A stretch of DNA of 64,000 bases from Pseudovirgaria hyperparasitica (taxonomy: Eukaryota), in the NCBI GenBank assembly GCA_010093815.1, contig ML996582.1; one strand, written 5' to 3'. Positions within the stretch are counted from its first letter, which is position 1. Every line of letters starts with the position of its first letter. This document shows, in pieces, positions 13,020 through 26,620 of this stretch. A program made the position numbers and the translations under genes. The notes below the pieces were generated by a model. It did not search any database. It was not told the DNA's origin and saw nothing but the letters and a program-made list of their open reading frames with translations.

Positions 13020-14850
13020 TGTTCTCCCCGAGACTGGTTTTCCGAATGTGCATCAAGGCACCGTGCAATACTTGTACCTGACATACGTCACGGTAAATTC
13101 CGCGATCCTAAGATGGCTAATAGCCATGGCGATCTAGCGGCTGACCAAGCAATGGGTCCAAAATACTGAAGATCCGAAACTTCTGGGAAGCCGATCGTCA
13201 GGTTCAGCCTCAAAATATAGTTGGGGTGGGCCCTTGTTGTTAAAGCCGTTACTGTTGATTGTTAAGACTTTCTTGCAGTGGATTGGGCTTACATGCACTC
13301 ATGCCATGTGACAATCAGCCAGCTGGCTTGATAATCCGAAGCCGCGACTCTCGATATTTGCCTTGGAAATTAGTCTTGTTGGGGGCTATCAACTAGCGAC
13401 GAAAGTTTCTGACTACCGAAGTCTGATGCACAGATACTGACGTATTTGATAGCAACACCCACCCAAACGACTGACTCGAGCCACTGTCATTGCTTATGTC
13501 CATATGACGAGACAAGACACAAGTAAGCATACAGAGCAATCTCTACCTAATCAAGAAATTTTCACTGTATCGCAAAGACTGTACAACTTGGAATTTGGGG
13601 ATTGAGTCTGGGCCAGAGAGTAAGAATGACTTGAACAAAGCCTCGTAAGAACTGGCGACTGAAACTGTTGAGTTACCGTGGATAGGTCATATGCACAGGT
13701 CGTATGTGATAAGTTTGAATCAATGTGTTGGTGTGAGATTGAGATATCCGAACAGCAAGGCAGTTTGCATGGAGGTCACATTGTACCGAAACCTGTGAAA
13801 GACACCTGGTTTTGTCCGTTTCGTTGGCAAAGGTCTAAGCGTAGCAGTAAAGTCGAATGTTCATGTTGTCCCGCTCCAAGTCTATGCTGGGTCGCAACTG
13901 AGGTAGAAAGTCCCATAGCAGGTGTCTCGAAATGGTTGCAGGTGGGACTGGGTAGGAAAAGATAGTGGCAGCTCACGTGATGACGCGTTTTTGTTGAGTC
14001 TATCACGGGCCGAACTTTCTCATGGCTGAACCTCCTTGCCTCCTCCACGAACGAGACTTGTTCCATTATGACTCAGTTGTTCTTTTTCTGAAGCGTGACA
14101 ACCCTTTGCTGCACAGAAGCTTGGCCGTAAGATCACATGGCTTGTCTACGTGAACATGATGAAACAGGAGCAGTTCCTGGAACAAAGGATAACCCCCATC
14201 AGACGAACCCTCCCAACGGTGCAGTGTGCAGCGATACGTTAGCAGAAATAATACCAGACAAGCGTACTCGGCCAGCGCAATCTTGCGATGATTCAATAAA
14301 TGTAGGCCAACCTGCGACAAACTTGACGCCGTCAAGAATCTTGGCCCGGCGTTTCACGCCCCAAGGCTGTAATGGGCAGCATGCCCGCCAACTCCCCTCT
14401 CGCCCAACACGCTGGTCAGCAAATGTTACCTCGATTTGGTCTCAGCCGAATCTGCGACATCTTATCAATGTCTCGTTGGACTAATCTGCCTATTAACTCA
14501 AGCACATGAAGAGATAACCTGGACATTGACTGCTCAACTCTTCATACCGAAATGTGATACTTCGTAATTTCGACAACAGTAACGTAACTGTGTACATACA
14601 TCTACAAAAGTGTCCGGAGGCGCCTGTTAACCCTCCAAGTATGTGGGAGGCCGCCCAAGTGTCATGATCAAGCCCCTTACCCCATGTCGATGCGTCGGGA
14701 GAACACGATGTGACGCTATACGTCGGAGCGTTAACGTTTCTGTCAAAGGCAACCATATCTCGGGTTGAAGAAATGTATTACTGTGCTCTTTCTCTATAAT
14801 ATATAGCAATGTTGCAAGACCTACAGTCTACTCCTGCCAAATAAATAATT

Positions 14851-16848
14851 ATGCAAAGCACAGTTGACAGCACAGTAGGTTATGATGACCTATTTCCAGA
14901 AGTGACTGACGGGTAGCAGAGTAATGTCGCCTCGCTCTACTGTCAAGTGAGGAAGGCCATGGACGAGGTGCTCATGTTAACCGTCCGACAGATGCGTGAT
15001 GAGTTAGCTCAAGGTATGGGAGTAGTTGTTACCCAAGAGTTGGACAGCGTTGACGGTGAATTGATGCATAAGGTAAGCGATGAGTGATAATGTCCTTCTG
15101 GCTGTTTATCTATATGCTAACATGTGAAGGATACAACGGATCACATACAATTAAAGCTTGTCTTGGACAAAATCGCTATGCGTCTGCAAGATTTCGATTC
15201 TTTACTGTCAGCTCATACTGCGTATCGCCATGAGCTTGAGAAGAATCTCGCTCGTTCACGGTGGAACGATGTTCGAAGGAAGATTCTGGACCGATCATTC
15301 TTCATGCTGACTGAACCGGCTGGGCGAATCAATATGACGCGTCAAGCATCGACTACGAGCAATGACAGCGGCGTCTACGGTGAAGCTGACATCAGCACAC
15401 GAAGTAGCATGAATGCATCTCTTAGGAGTGCAAGAGATGATCTCAAGAATATATTGACCGACTCCAGTCCAGATCCGGAGAACCTTACGCTAAATACACC
15501 AAAAGAAACCCTGCTGCCGACGATATATTCAGCGGCAGCGTCTGGCATGAATGTTAGTCGCTATGCCATCGATCTCGACATCAACACAGTCGTGCCTGCA
15601 AACATGGGAGTCGCGCAAATGGCCAGTGTCAAAAGTATCTTGGATGAGGAAGATGCTCCGATAGAAAGATCCATGCCCAAGAGCAGAGCATGTACGCCTA
15701 CAAGTATGTATAGTGCCTGGGGTGAGAGCCACAATCCGTTCCTTGACGGTGGCTTCAGTATGGAGGTCCCTCTATTTGCTACCCTAGATGCCGTGGAAGA
15801 GGATACTCCAGAGCTATCCCGGTCGACTGCGAACACTCCTACCGAAGAACTGCTTCCACCCATGCCGACTCTGCCACTGAAAATGGTACCAGAACCGCTA
15901 GTAATGCTACGCAGAATATCGTCTATGAACCATCTTGACACGGAGGGAGGTGCTGCATCGAAGCCAATGATCTCTCCCAGCTCTTGTTCGTCATCAGATC
16001 TGGAAGTCGAACGAAGAAGTGTGCAACGTACGCCGACCCAGGCATCGTTACAAGGCGCAACTCCGATCCGACGCTCGCCAACACATAAGACCGGAATATC
16101 CACCGTCATTGCAGCCCCAAAATCGTCTTTCGTGCCCAGCATCGTCCCAGAAAGCCACCATCATCGCTCGCCTGCGTCCAGTTTCGGTCCAAATTCCGCG
16201 AAATCTATAGACTCTAGAAGTTCTTTCACCACGATAAGGCAATCCACAGCTGGTGGTCCGCCTCCAAATGATTTAATGAAGAGACTAAGGCGACTCAGCA
16301 AAGCTCTCCCTGAGACTCCCACGGCGCCAAGAAGCAATCCTGCCAAAACACATTTAAAGCCTTTGCTGCGAAGACCAACACTGCCAGCTACACCCAGCCC
16401 ACACAGATCGCGACCAAGCTCCCGGCAAGGCTCTTCAGATGAGCCATCTCTGCCAGCTCCGCCTACATCAAACCCGGCGCCAGTATCTTTCAATGACACG
16501 CCGATACTAGAACCAAAGCAGCTGAGCGTCGAGCATGGGACCGGGAGACACAACATTGTTATTTTGGAGCCGCCTCCCTGGGCTATGGACGAAGATTTTG
16601 ATATTCCGATTGTCATGTCTGTCACGTCGCTGCCTCCCTCGTCGCCTCTGCCTCCGTCATCACCTCTACCCCCAATCCCGACCGAGCCGCCAGGCACGAT
16701 GTTCGCAAGAGTGCCTGAGCAAGATGCTGGTAGAAGCCCGGGCAGGCGAGGGACAACAAAGAGGTTCGCGGGGCCTGGGATAAAGGCTATGGAAGCAGAG
16801 GCGTTGATGTTAAGGGAGAAGATGCTCATGACCCAGCGAGCTCTGTGA
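14851..16848 (+). CDS. Hypothetical Ser/Pro-rich protein; 5' exon structure uncertain
   Basis: 574-codon open frame 15124-16848. Upstream ATG at 14851 and GT...AG intron-like segments (e.g. gtaagc ~15073 to ...gctaacatgtgaag ~15129). No recognisable domain. Confidence 0.55.
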
Positions 16849-17725
16849 AGAAGTCTTGTAATTTTGGTTGTCAATGACTTTTGCTAGCCGTGTTACTATG
16901 ATTTATGGCGTTCTAGGTATGAAGTCCATGTTCATGTAGTCATCCGAGAACAGATGAAAGCGCCTGTTTGTTTATGGTTTTGTCTTTAGTGATGTTGCCA
17001 CGTCAATGGAATATAAGCAGCACACGCGCGTCTATAATAGGGCAAGATGGCGAGACTATTTGTAGCCATTGATTCCATGTTACAAAACTGAATAATCAAA
17101 AGGACATGACAGGGATTTCTGGCTAGCTCGTGCACAACGTCAAGAGAAATGAGAAATGGTGATAAGCGTAAATTGATGCAATTAGCGAAAAGAGGTTCAA
17201 CATTCATTAGAACCATTAGAAGTGCACAAACCTAAGATGAATGATTTATGGTTTCGTTATAACAAAGTATGTGTAGCAACGTTGGTAAGGAACAAAGATC
17301 TCATCGGCGAGCCCTGTCGGGTCTTCCTGATCAGCTCCAGCTACGGTGCCCGGTGAATTTGTAGTCTCGAGCCTCTAGCAGAGGAAGCCCCAGTAGAACC
17401 ACGACCAAAAAGCCGCAGCAGTCAAAGCTTCCCACAATAAAAGAGGTCCTTGAATGAGTTGAAGAAGAAGAATTTTGTTGCGGCAGTGGAGATTTCTTAT
17501 ACTACGGCGCGCCGGCGGAAAGAATTGCCGGGAGCCGACGCGCCAGAGCTTGGAGCTTTGTGAATTCTGGATCCACGTCAGTGTGGTAGCTACCTACGAA
17601 AACTACGCGCGCTGGATACCTTACGCATATATAGTGTTGTACTTTGGCTGCTCCTCAAATTTTTCGGTTCTTCACTTGCCCTTTGTCCCTATACTCGAAC
17701 AAATCCTCTCTACTAGAACCGCGAC

Positions 17726-18077
17726 ATGTCTCAAATGCTCAAATATGTCGACAGTAAGTGCCGTGATTACTTTGATACCCGCAAGCTCAACTAACACGCT
17801 TCTAGAAAAGGTCTGCCTGATCATCACGGATGGCCGCAACCTTGTCGGGACCCTCACCAGCTGCGATTGGCAGGGCAACATCATTCTGTCCGATACCGTC
17901 GAGCGCAAGATCACTCCTGCGGAATGGGGACAGGACAGCGAGGAGATCGCTATGGGCGTGCTGCTCGTTCGAGGCGATACTATAGTTCTGTGCGGCCTGA
18001 TCGACGAGGAGAGAGACGAGAGCATCGACTGGACCAAGGTTCATGGCGATATCATTGGCACCACGAAGAGAACCTGA
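17726..18077 (+). CDS. LSM8: Sm-like protein LSM8 (U6 snRNP), 2 exons
   Basis: ATG 17726 MSQMLKYVD, intron gtaagt ~17754-17805, then KVCLIITDGRNLVGTLTSCD...NIILSDTVER...LLVRGDTIVLCGLIDEERDESIDWTKV (Sm1/Sm2 plus LSM8-type tail). Confidence 0.8.
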
Positions 18078-18526
18078 AAAGAAAGGCGCTGTGGTATCGG
18101 ACATTTGAAAATATCTATGGGCATGAACTAGCTGACAAAAGCTCGCGAAGTTATCTACCTTGGCCACCATAATGATATGATATAAGCCGCATTGAGCGCG
18201 CTATGTTGGCACCGGAAGGAAAGGTTGGGGAATATGGCCGGGTGTATGTTGCTATAAGCAAAGAGTACGTATTGTCACACAGAGCTCTCGTTGCAACCAA
18301 TAACACTTCTCCACTTCTCACAGATGCGCATGAACACGATCTTGCTCTACATGAAGCTCTGTCACCCCGTCGTCAACCATATGAACGAGTCAAAGCTCGA
18401 CGGAGCCAGGTCTGAATATAACTCTTTGGAATTGAGGATCCGTTTCATCCTGAGCAACAACTCAACGTCCTTCGTCCCAAACAAGCTCATTAGGCGATTA
18501 TAACCCCATGAATTCGCTTGAACGTC

Positions 18527-19267
18527 CTACATCCCATGTCGTCCTCCGCCGGGCCCACCCAGCGAACTATCCATGCCTTCTTTCGTACCCACAATCGCCT
18601 TATGATCCGACGGATTGGCCGCTGCCTCGTACAAGAAACTCACGGGTTCCTTATTCAACTTTGTGAAGTCGCCCTTGAACGCCACATAGCTCATCCTCGT
18701 GACATCCTCGTCGCCATCCCCAAAGTTGTCCTCGAAGAACAGCGCCAGACTCCTTGTAGTATTAAATAGTGCACGTTTGACTGGAATCTCCTGTATTTCT
18801 GAAGTCTGCGATAGTTCGAATACCTGTGTGGGCTGTAGCTCAGCTGCCGTGGTAAAGTCGATGTCATCGCGATTGAGAAATACTTTTAGTGTCTTCGGTG
18901 CGCAGGATGTGGTAGATGTGCGGAGGAGGATTGAGTGCAGTCGGACTTGGCCTGTGAAGCTACAGCCACGCTGTTAGGACTGTTCTCACATTGTATATTA
19001 TTTAGAAACTTACGGGACAGTCATGAGCAGCTGCTCGTCCGCATCACTTTCCAGCTCGGGCTGGGGATCTAAGCGTTGTGCCCATGTCTTCTGCGCAATG
19101 GCGGCTCCTGAGCGGGGTTCAGCTTCGTTGAATGTCGTCAAGGCACTGAAGTCGATCTGTTCATAAAGGACTTTCTGGAGGGCAGGAGTCACGTCGTCGG
19201 TGTGGTCATGAGCTCCTTCGGGGTGGTCGTGGCCGTGACCGTGGTGCTCGTCGTGGCAGTGAGACAT
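18527..19267 (-). CDS. PITH-domain protein (PITHD1-like), 2 exons
   Basis: His-rich N-terminus MSHCHDEHHGHGHDH, LESDADEQLLMTVP / intron ~18960-19012 / FTGQVRLHSILLR...APKTLKVFLNRDDIDF...YEAAANPSDH; TAG at 18527. Confidence 0.85.
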
Positions 19268-19551
19268 TCTGAAATGTGATGGAGCACTCTCGACTGACCT
19301 GGACTGCGATGGAGTAGGAGCTCAGCCGAAGGCGCCGCTGGTAAGAGACATTACATGGTGTTGGTGCGAGTCGAGCAAACTTCCAGCAAAATCCATGACA
19401 AAGAAAGATGAGGGGGACATTACACGAGGGTTTCTCAAGCGTCCAGTTGTATTTTAGTGTTCTAAACGTTTAAAACAAAGACTTACTGAGTAATCATGTA
19501 GTTAATAGTTTAGCCGAAGTAATATCCGGTACGCTTCTATCCGCCTCTTAT

Positions 19552-19554
<3 letters not shown>

Positions 19555-19600
<46 letters not shown>

Positions 19601-19625
19601 TCTTCCTCCTCCCCCCTCTCTCTCT
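19555..19625 (+). repeat. (CT)n microsatellite / pyrimidine tract
   Basis: Directly visible tctctc run inside the MITE. Confidence 0.95.
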
Positions 19626-20020
19626 TACACGTGTTTTTAACTAATTTTGACCTTATAGACTTTAAAATAACACTAATTACACGTGTTTTTGATTGATTTT
19701 AATTGACTTTAACTGACTTTAACCTCGCAGGCTTTAAAACAACACTAATTACACGTGTTTTTGATTGATTTTGACTGATTTTGACCTCGCAGGCTTNNNN
19801 NNNNNNNNNNNNNNNNNNNNNNNNNNNNNNNNNNNNNNNNNNNNNNNNNNNNNNNNNNNNNNNNNNNNNNNNNNNNNNNNNNNNNNNNNNNNNNNNNNNN
19901 NNNNNNNNNNNNNNNNNNNNNNGACTAATTTTGACTGATTTTGACCTCGCAGGCTTTAAAACAACACTGATTACACGTGTTTTTGACTATTTTCGACCTC
20001 ACGGGCTACGGATATACACG
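19626..20020 (+). repeat. Imperfect tandem array (ttacacgtgtttt...gacctcgcaggctttaaaacaacact unit) spanning the N gap
   Basis: Unit starts at ~19626, ~19677, ~19749 and ~19971; 126 N bases at 19797-19922 sit in the array, suggesting a collapsed repeat. Confidence 0.85.
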
Positions 20021-20354
20021 TGCTTTAAGTTTATTCTATATTACTTAGTAAGACGGCTTAGATATAAAGTATAATAGCTGACTCGTATAGTACATATAAT
20101 ACAGCTGGACGCTTGAGAAACCCTCACATTCCACCCCGCGCCCCACTTTAAGATCAGCATTAGGTATGTTGTAGTGACTTCCTCATAGTCTAGGAAGACG
20201 TTCAAGAACTATGCAAATTGTATCGCATTTGCTCATAAAGATGCTTGTACTAATCCAGGTCGTATATAATATGCGCGCTATCAAACACAGAGTCCCCAAC
20301 GCCGTCGCTAAGCATTGTACGTGTGTTCTATTTACTTACGGTCAGTTAGAATTT

Positions 20355-21092
20355 TCAAGCAAGCATTGGCTGTGATGTTTGTTCTGCTGCACGCTCCAGC
20401 CTCCTCCTCTTCGCCTTCTCTTCTTTGGTCTCCTGTTCGACTGCCTCGACTTTTTGTAGCTCTTGTGATGGTACATTAGGGAGTTTCATTCCAGACATCT
20501 CAATCTCCAAGGCCTCGAGCTCGTCTTCAACATCGTCTTCATCCTGATTAGACATCTTTCCTGCCAGCAGTTCACTGACCTCCTGCGCAACAGTGTTAGA
20601 ACCATGTTAACGCAGTCCGCGAGCAGAGCACAAACCTGTGTGTATGCTTGAGCATCTGCTGTTTCGCCTAATAGTCGCTCCACTGCATCCACACCACCCA
20701 TCTCTTTATGTATTTCTTTGAGCACTGCGGTACCCTGCTTAAGCCCAAACAATACGTCTTTTTGGACCTGCGCAAATTCGACGTCATTCGTGAGGGCCTC
20801 AAGTTGTGCAAGTTGCGCGTCCGTCTTCTCTAGTAGTGTCTCCTGGTACTTTTTTCGTCGCAAAGCTACGAGGGCTTTCTTCTTGTCACCTTTCTGCAGA
20901 CACTGCTTCGCTATATCGGTCTCTCGTGTGGTTATCACGGTAATGCGCTTCTGGTACTGGTGCAACTTGTCTCGTTGATTCTTCATGTCCAAGATCGCTC
21001 TGTCTGGCCTTAGAGTTGTGTTGACGTCGTGACATCATGAAGACGTACCGATCTTGGGCAGAAATCTTGTGGGAACTGTTCGAGTTCCCCAT
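20355..21092 (-). CDS. VPS20: ESCRT-III subunit Vps20/CHMP6 (Snf7 family), 3 exons
   Basis: N-myristoylation-type start MGNSNSSHKISAQDR, AILDMKNQRDKLHQYQKRI, ALRRKKYQETLL, VEFAQVQKDVLFGLKQG; two introns (~21004-21048, ~20584-20634). Confidence 0.88.
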
Positions 21093-21267
21093 TGTCCGGA
21101 CCTACTGTGTTCCATGAGCGCGAGCTTGAGGGCACGCCAACTCCTGGTCTTGTGCCTGATGATCGGGAGTGGCACTAGCGCACATCGTTATCGATAAGGT
21201 CTTGGCGTAATAAAAAAGTTTCAGACGGGAGCGTCCACAAACACGTATAACAACGCGAACTTCAGTA

Positions 21268-23546
21268 ATGGCGAGAGGCGGCGGAAAATCGCGGCCTAGC
21301 CTACAGAAGGGTCTCGATAATGAAGTGTACCACGTTGTCGACAAGTTTCTTGAGGACCAACCTCAAAGCATTGCCTCATTAAGATGCGGTCAAATCTACG
21401 ACCGGATACAGAAGTCAAACTCAAGCTTGAAGCGTCGCCCGAAGCCGGCACTTGAAAGCAGCATCGAGCGGGTTCTAGCTGTCATGATTGAAGAGTTCAG
21501 CGAGGAAGATGATGATATGGAGCCGCTGGAAGGGGAATTCGGTGATTCTAATCCTCAACCTAAGCCGAGTAAAACTGTCAATGATTTAATTACTGGAACT
21601 TGGAAGAACGCCTCGCCAGCCAAGAGTACGCCAGCAACCTCCATAAATGGAGAGAAGAAGTCGAAACGTGGAGACGGGGATCGAAAAGCCCATGACGAGC
21701 CACCGAAGAAAAGGCTCAAGAGCTCTCACACGGAGAAAGGTGCAAATATCGACATTAGTCCTCCCACGCACGTAAGTCTTGATGACATTGGCGGTGTTGA
21801 AGATATCAAGCGCGAATTGAAGCAGCATCTCGTTTTACCGTTGTTATGTCCGGAGGAGTACGCCGCTCGCAACCTACCGATCCCCAGAGGCATACTGCTG
21901 CATGGTCCTCCGGGTTGTGGAAAGACTGTGATCTCTAGGGCATTTGCCGCAAAGCTTGGCGTCCCGTTTATCGAGATATTGGGTCCGTCCGTTGTTTCCG
22001 GAATGTCAGGAGAGTCTGAGCGACAAGTCCGTGAGCATTTCGAGAAAGCCAAGGAAGTTGCACCATGTCTCATATTCATCGACGAAATCGATGTTATCGC
22101 GCCCAAAAGAGACACTGCCCAGAGTCAAATGGAAAAGCGTATTGTGGCACAGCTGCTGATCTCCATGGACTCGTTAGCGATGGAAGGCAATGACGGAAAG
22201 CCCGTGATTGTGCTAGCAGCAACGAATCGTCCTGATGCTATAGACCCAGCATTACGGAGAGGTGGTCGATTCGACTCGGAAATAAACATGGGTGTGCCGA
22301 ATGAAATCACACGAGGACAAATTCTCCGTGCTCTCACTAGAAATACCAACATCGCAGACGACGTCTCATATGAGATATTGGCGAAAAAGACCTCTGGCTT
22401 CGTAGGCGCTGACCTCCGGGACCTTGTCGGTAAAGCTGGCACATGGTCCATGGATCGTTATCGTGAAGCTCTGGAAGCACAGGCTGCAGCTACCGAAACT
22501 GACATGGATGTTGATCTTGATACGAAGAAGGCGGTCTCTGAGGTGGATCGAAGTATAACACGACTCATTCGTCGCTGTCGTGACAAAGACGCTACTCGGC
22601 CGGCGGGATTTGAGGACACTTCGATCACAATGGAAGCCTTCGATGCTGTCTTCCCAGGCATACAGCCGTCTTCCAAACGTGAAGGCTTCACCACTAGGCC
22701 CGATGCCAATTGGGATGACGTCGGGTCACTAGATGATGTACGTGAGGAGCTCAATATGGCGATAGTTGAACCGATCTTGAACGCGCAACGATACAAGAAC
22801 GTCGGTATCTCCGCTCCTACTGGAGTGCTCCTATGGGGACCCCCGGGCTGCGGAAAGACGCTTCTTGCTAAAGCGGTCGCGAATGCATCAGAAGCAGCCT
22901 TCATTAGTGTCAAGGGACCCGAGTTGCTTAACAAGGTAAGTCGCATCTCCCTTATTTTTGAATCTCTGTCAGCTAATGTATCTAGTTTGTTGGTGAGTCA
23001 GAAAGGGCAGTCAGGCAGGTTTTCATGCGCGCACGATCGTCCAGACCATGTGTGGTCTTTTTCGATGAGCTGGATGCTCTTGTTCCTCGTCGCAATGACG
23101 CACTGTCTGAAGCGTCTGCCAGGGTGGTCAACACCCTCCTGACGGAGCTGGATGGGTTGTCTGAGCGAGAAGGTATCTATGTGATTGGAGCTACCAATCG
23201 ACCTGACATTATTGACGATGCCATGCTTCGTCCCGGTCGTCTCGAAACCCTGCTATTCGTAGGTCTACCCAAGAAGCAGGATCGTGTTGCAATCCTGAGC
23301 GCCCTTATCAAGAAGACACCCATAGACCCGCTTCTAGCACATTTTGCAAGCGACGATCGCTGTAACAATTTCAGCGGTGCCGATCTATCAAGCTTGCTAC
23401 GAAAGGCCGGACAGTCGACTCTCAAGCGGGGCGCAGATAGAGTCGAGCTTCAAGACTTTGAAAGAGCAGTTGGAAACGTCCGGGCCAGCGTTGGTGATCC
23501 AATTCATTATGAGCGACTAAAGAAGAAGTTTGCCACACAGATATAA
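21268..23546 (+). CDS. RIX7: Type II AAA+ ATPase Rix7/NVL (60S biogenesis), 2 exons
   Basis: Two Walker A motifs (GPPGCGKT twice), Walker B FIDEID and [25 protein letters not shown]; intron 22936-22985. Confidence 0.9.
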
Positions 23547-23679
23547 TTCGTAAGAACAAGCTTTCCCATTGCTGTTATGTACCATATTCTATTCCCAACC
23601 GTGCTGAGTGCTTTCCTGAGCGTTTCCTACTTGAATGCTCTCCTCAGTACCTTCCTGTGAGTTCTTCTGAATTGTATCT

Positions 23680-24113
23680 TCAGCAGTCGGCCAGCTCCAC
23701 CTCTGCAACTGCTCCGATCTGTCCGACGACGCCGAGCACTTTCTCGCATGCGCCCTGCACTGACAGCTCTTCACCTGCACCGTCCAGCTCTCGCCAATCT
23801 TCTTTTGTTGCCCCAGCATCTCCTCGAATGATACCGACGTGTTTGTCCGCATGCACTGCGCTTGTAGTAGGGCCCCTTGTTTATGATCAGCAGTTTGCCG
23901 CGTAGAAACTACATGTTACCCCAAGCCACACTCACAAATCTTCATTTTGACGTCCGTGCAGATCGGCTTCAGCTTCCCTGATCGACTGGTAGTGGTGGCG
24001 TACTGCATGTTGTGCTTTAGATGGTACTCCGTCCAGGCAGTCGGGCACGTCCACCATTTGCAGCGGTAGTCGGAGCCGCATTCATACGAGGCGATGGTTC
24101 GGACGCGGCACAT
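23680..24113 (-). CDS. Possible small Cys-rich hypothetical protein (2 exons)
   Basis: MCRVRTIASYECG...CKWWTCP followed by an intron-like gtaac...ctgat...aag (~23875-23919). No recognisable family; the end coordinate is approximate. Confidence 0.25.
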
Positions 24114-26169
24114 TCTTATTTCTTAGGTATCCCTGGATCTGGTCTTAGGGGGGACGGTACTTCAGCAACGGAATCTCGGTTTTCGGTGGTGGTTGCGTAT
24201 GGCCAGACATGAATGCCGCGTAGCGGTCGTGAAGGATCTGTTATACAGAGTTTTCGATGATCGGGACGATTGAATGATCTGGAGACAGGGCTTGAATCCG
24301 TTGCGGGCATCAAGACCTTTTATGTACGTGTGGGTGTGCTCGTTTGGCTAAGCGCCCGTGAGGTTCCGCGATATGCTGGGGAACGAGTATCTCGATGCTT
24401 GGCGCGTGTCACGCTAGGGACGCCGTGCCAGATATGTACGTGCTGGAGAACTGCCACGTCAGTATGTGGGTGCATCGTTCAGTGTTCGTGGATGGGATTT
24501 TGTGGATTTAACAAGAAAGTGGTGATGGATTCGGTCGGCTGGTGTCTAGATTACTTGAACGGAGCTGATGCCCGAGCGAGGCTGGGCAGTATGAATGGCC
24601 AGCAAGATGTTCTTCCGTCGATGCGGTGTGCCATAGTCATGACAATGTTGCAAGTCGTATTGCGAACGAATATGACTGGCGTGCACAGATGACGTGGTCA
24701 CGCGACCTACTACTTCACTTATTCTATCGTCAGTGTCCGGTCCCAGGCGTCCCGGTGAGCTTGAAGTCCTCAAATTCCGTCATTTTTCGTTAGGCTTGCC
24801 GTCGCTGCATCCTTCAATCTTCGTCGAACGACATTCCATGCCTTGGGGACCACCGCATCCGCCCTGCTCTCCATATGAACAAACAATCACAATTCTCTTG
24901 GGTAGTTTCCGATCAAAGTAGTAAATTTTCCTCTACTTTTCTTGCAATCTAAGCTCAACTGGACTCCATCACTCCCTTTAATCCTGCATACGCTCTTCTC
25001 TGTGTGTCTCCACCACGACCTCTTCGAAAGGTGCAAGGTGCAAGTGTAATGTCAGTGCCTGACGTATCCGCAACAGTCTTTTAAACTACAAAGACAGAAG
25101 TAATGGTGTTCAAACTAGCGTTGTCATGACTAGATGAAGCTTGTATAGATTTGTTATCATTGGATGAAGGGTAGTTCACGCATCCTTCTAGCGTATCATA
25201 TTGTTGAGCTTCACAATGATGTTTTCAACAGCTCCTTCCATTGTTTACTCACACCGGGTGACTTTGTGTCTACGGAGGAATGGTACCCATCATGTGATTC
25301 CGTGATACAGATTTTAGCAGCAACTTGCAGTTAGGCTTCTTGCCGGACATTAGCAGCACACAAGGTAGCTTAAAATTGCTAACAAGAACGAGTGTCTTCG
25401 ACGCTGAGGATACTTGCAGCGTATTTCTAGTATCTCAAAGAGATCATGCGGCTAGCATCAAGATTAACAGCGGGCCTATTATCAAGAGCTCCGAATTCCA
25501 TTTTACCTCATCCAACATCAATAGGTTCTGCATATATAGCCTATAAGGACAACCTTCAACGAACATCTGACCCTCTACTTTATATCATCTTGCTTCTCCA
25601 GTCCGCATACCAAACCCTACTTAGAGCACAGCCAGAACCTATGTCCCCTACAATATGCACTCTCTACATGCTTCTTCTCTTGTTGATACGGACAGTTTTC
25701 ATATCGCTGTTTTTTCAGAGGACGTCCCCATTTGAGCCCCTTGCAATCCCCACAGACGTTATAAAATTTGATAGAGAATCCGCAGGGGCAGTGCGTCACA
25801 ACTTTAGCACAACCGTTGGTTTTGCGGTGTGAGATGAGCTTTATAGATGGTTTTTCGATTGAACAAGTACTTGACGTGCCAGTCATGGTTTGGAAGATAA
25901 TATCTGGATTGATGGTAGGTGGTAAAAATAGTAGTTAGTCAGGAATTGAATGTGGTCCACGTAAAAGAGTGGTGTGTTGCAAGACTACCTGGGTCAAGTA
26001 GTCTTTATTTTCTGATCCCTTACTTATTGCGAGACACCAGTGTGTTCATTGTGTCGATACACATTGTGCAGGTTCCTAGTACAATGAAAATCAGTAGGCC
26101 TAGGTGTCCTGACTACAAGATCATTCCTCGACGCAGAAAGTGTAGACGTAAGCATATACAATGTAAGAG

Positions 26170-26600
26170 TTAGACTTGGGGATAGCAGTCTAACAGGTTA
26201 TAGAAGGGCCAGAACAAGTATATTATTTAGGTATCTACTCTCGTTTTTAGGTTACCCGTCCCTTCCTATAGAGCAGGAGATAGATTAGCCTAGATTTGAA
26301 AAGATTGTACTTTTTAGTCTTATAATACATGAGACTTATTAGACTAGAGTTGTCTCTCTATATTTATTATAGTACACGTTCTAACTTAACGTTTTTCCTA
26401 TCTATACTTATATTGATGTAATTATAATCAGAAATTTCTATATATCTATATAACTAGAGTCTTCTATAATAATAATAGCTAGATATAATTAAACGAAATA
26501 TCTTATATAATTTCTTTTTTTAATCTTCTTATTCTGTGTAATCTAAAGTCATGTATCATGCTATTATATTTATATGTATTATTCTATTATTATCTTTCTG
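26170..26600. repeat. AT-rich, TpA-rich degenerate relic (RIP-like) at left border of the cluster
   Basis: Sharp drop in GC, with abundant TA/TAG/CTA and few CpA/TpG, immediately downstream of the first P450. No ORF. Confidence 0.55.
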
Positions 26601-26620
26601 TGTAGCTTGTCTCTAAAGTG

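Larger units (their letters stand above)
19426..20125. mobile_element. Non-autonomous Mutator-like element (MITE) with TIRs and 9-bp TSD; contains (CT)n, tandem repeats and an assembly gap
   Basis: Left end gagggtttctcaagcgtccagttgtatt (19426-19453) is the reverse complement of the right end aatacagctggacgcttgagaaaccctc (20098-20125) with 1 mismatch. Flanks acattacac (19417-19425) and acattccac (20126-20134) match 8/9. Confidence 0.8.

Noticed and set aside
13678..14809. Short overlapping ORFs between the esterase and the hypothetical gene
   Set aside because: No motifs or consistent frame; cannot support a gene call.
16161..16874. Long antisense ORFs (also 5180-5683, 22458-22946, 58532-59158)
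   Set aside because: Shadow frames opposite well-supported or longer coding sequences.
19626..20020. Repeat array resembling a CRISPR, and ORF 19781-20074
   Set aside because: Eukaryotic DNA with no unique spacers or cas genes. It is a tandem repeat inside a MITE, and the ORF is an artefact of the N gap.
24116..26173. Short ORFs left of the cluster as extra cluster genes or a regulator
   Set aside because: No Zn2Cys6 or other recognisable motif; may be decayed sequence but is unidentifiable by eye.
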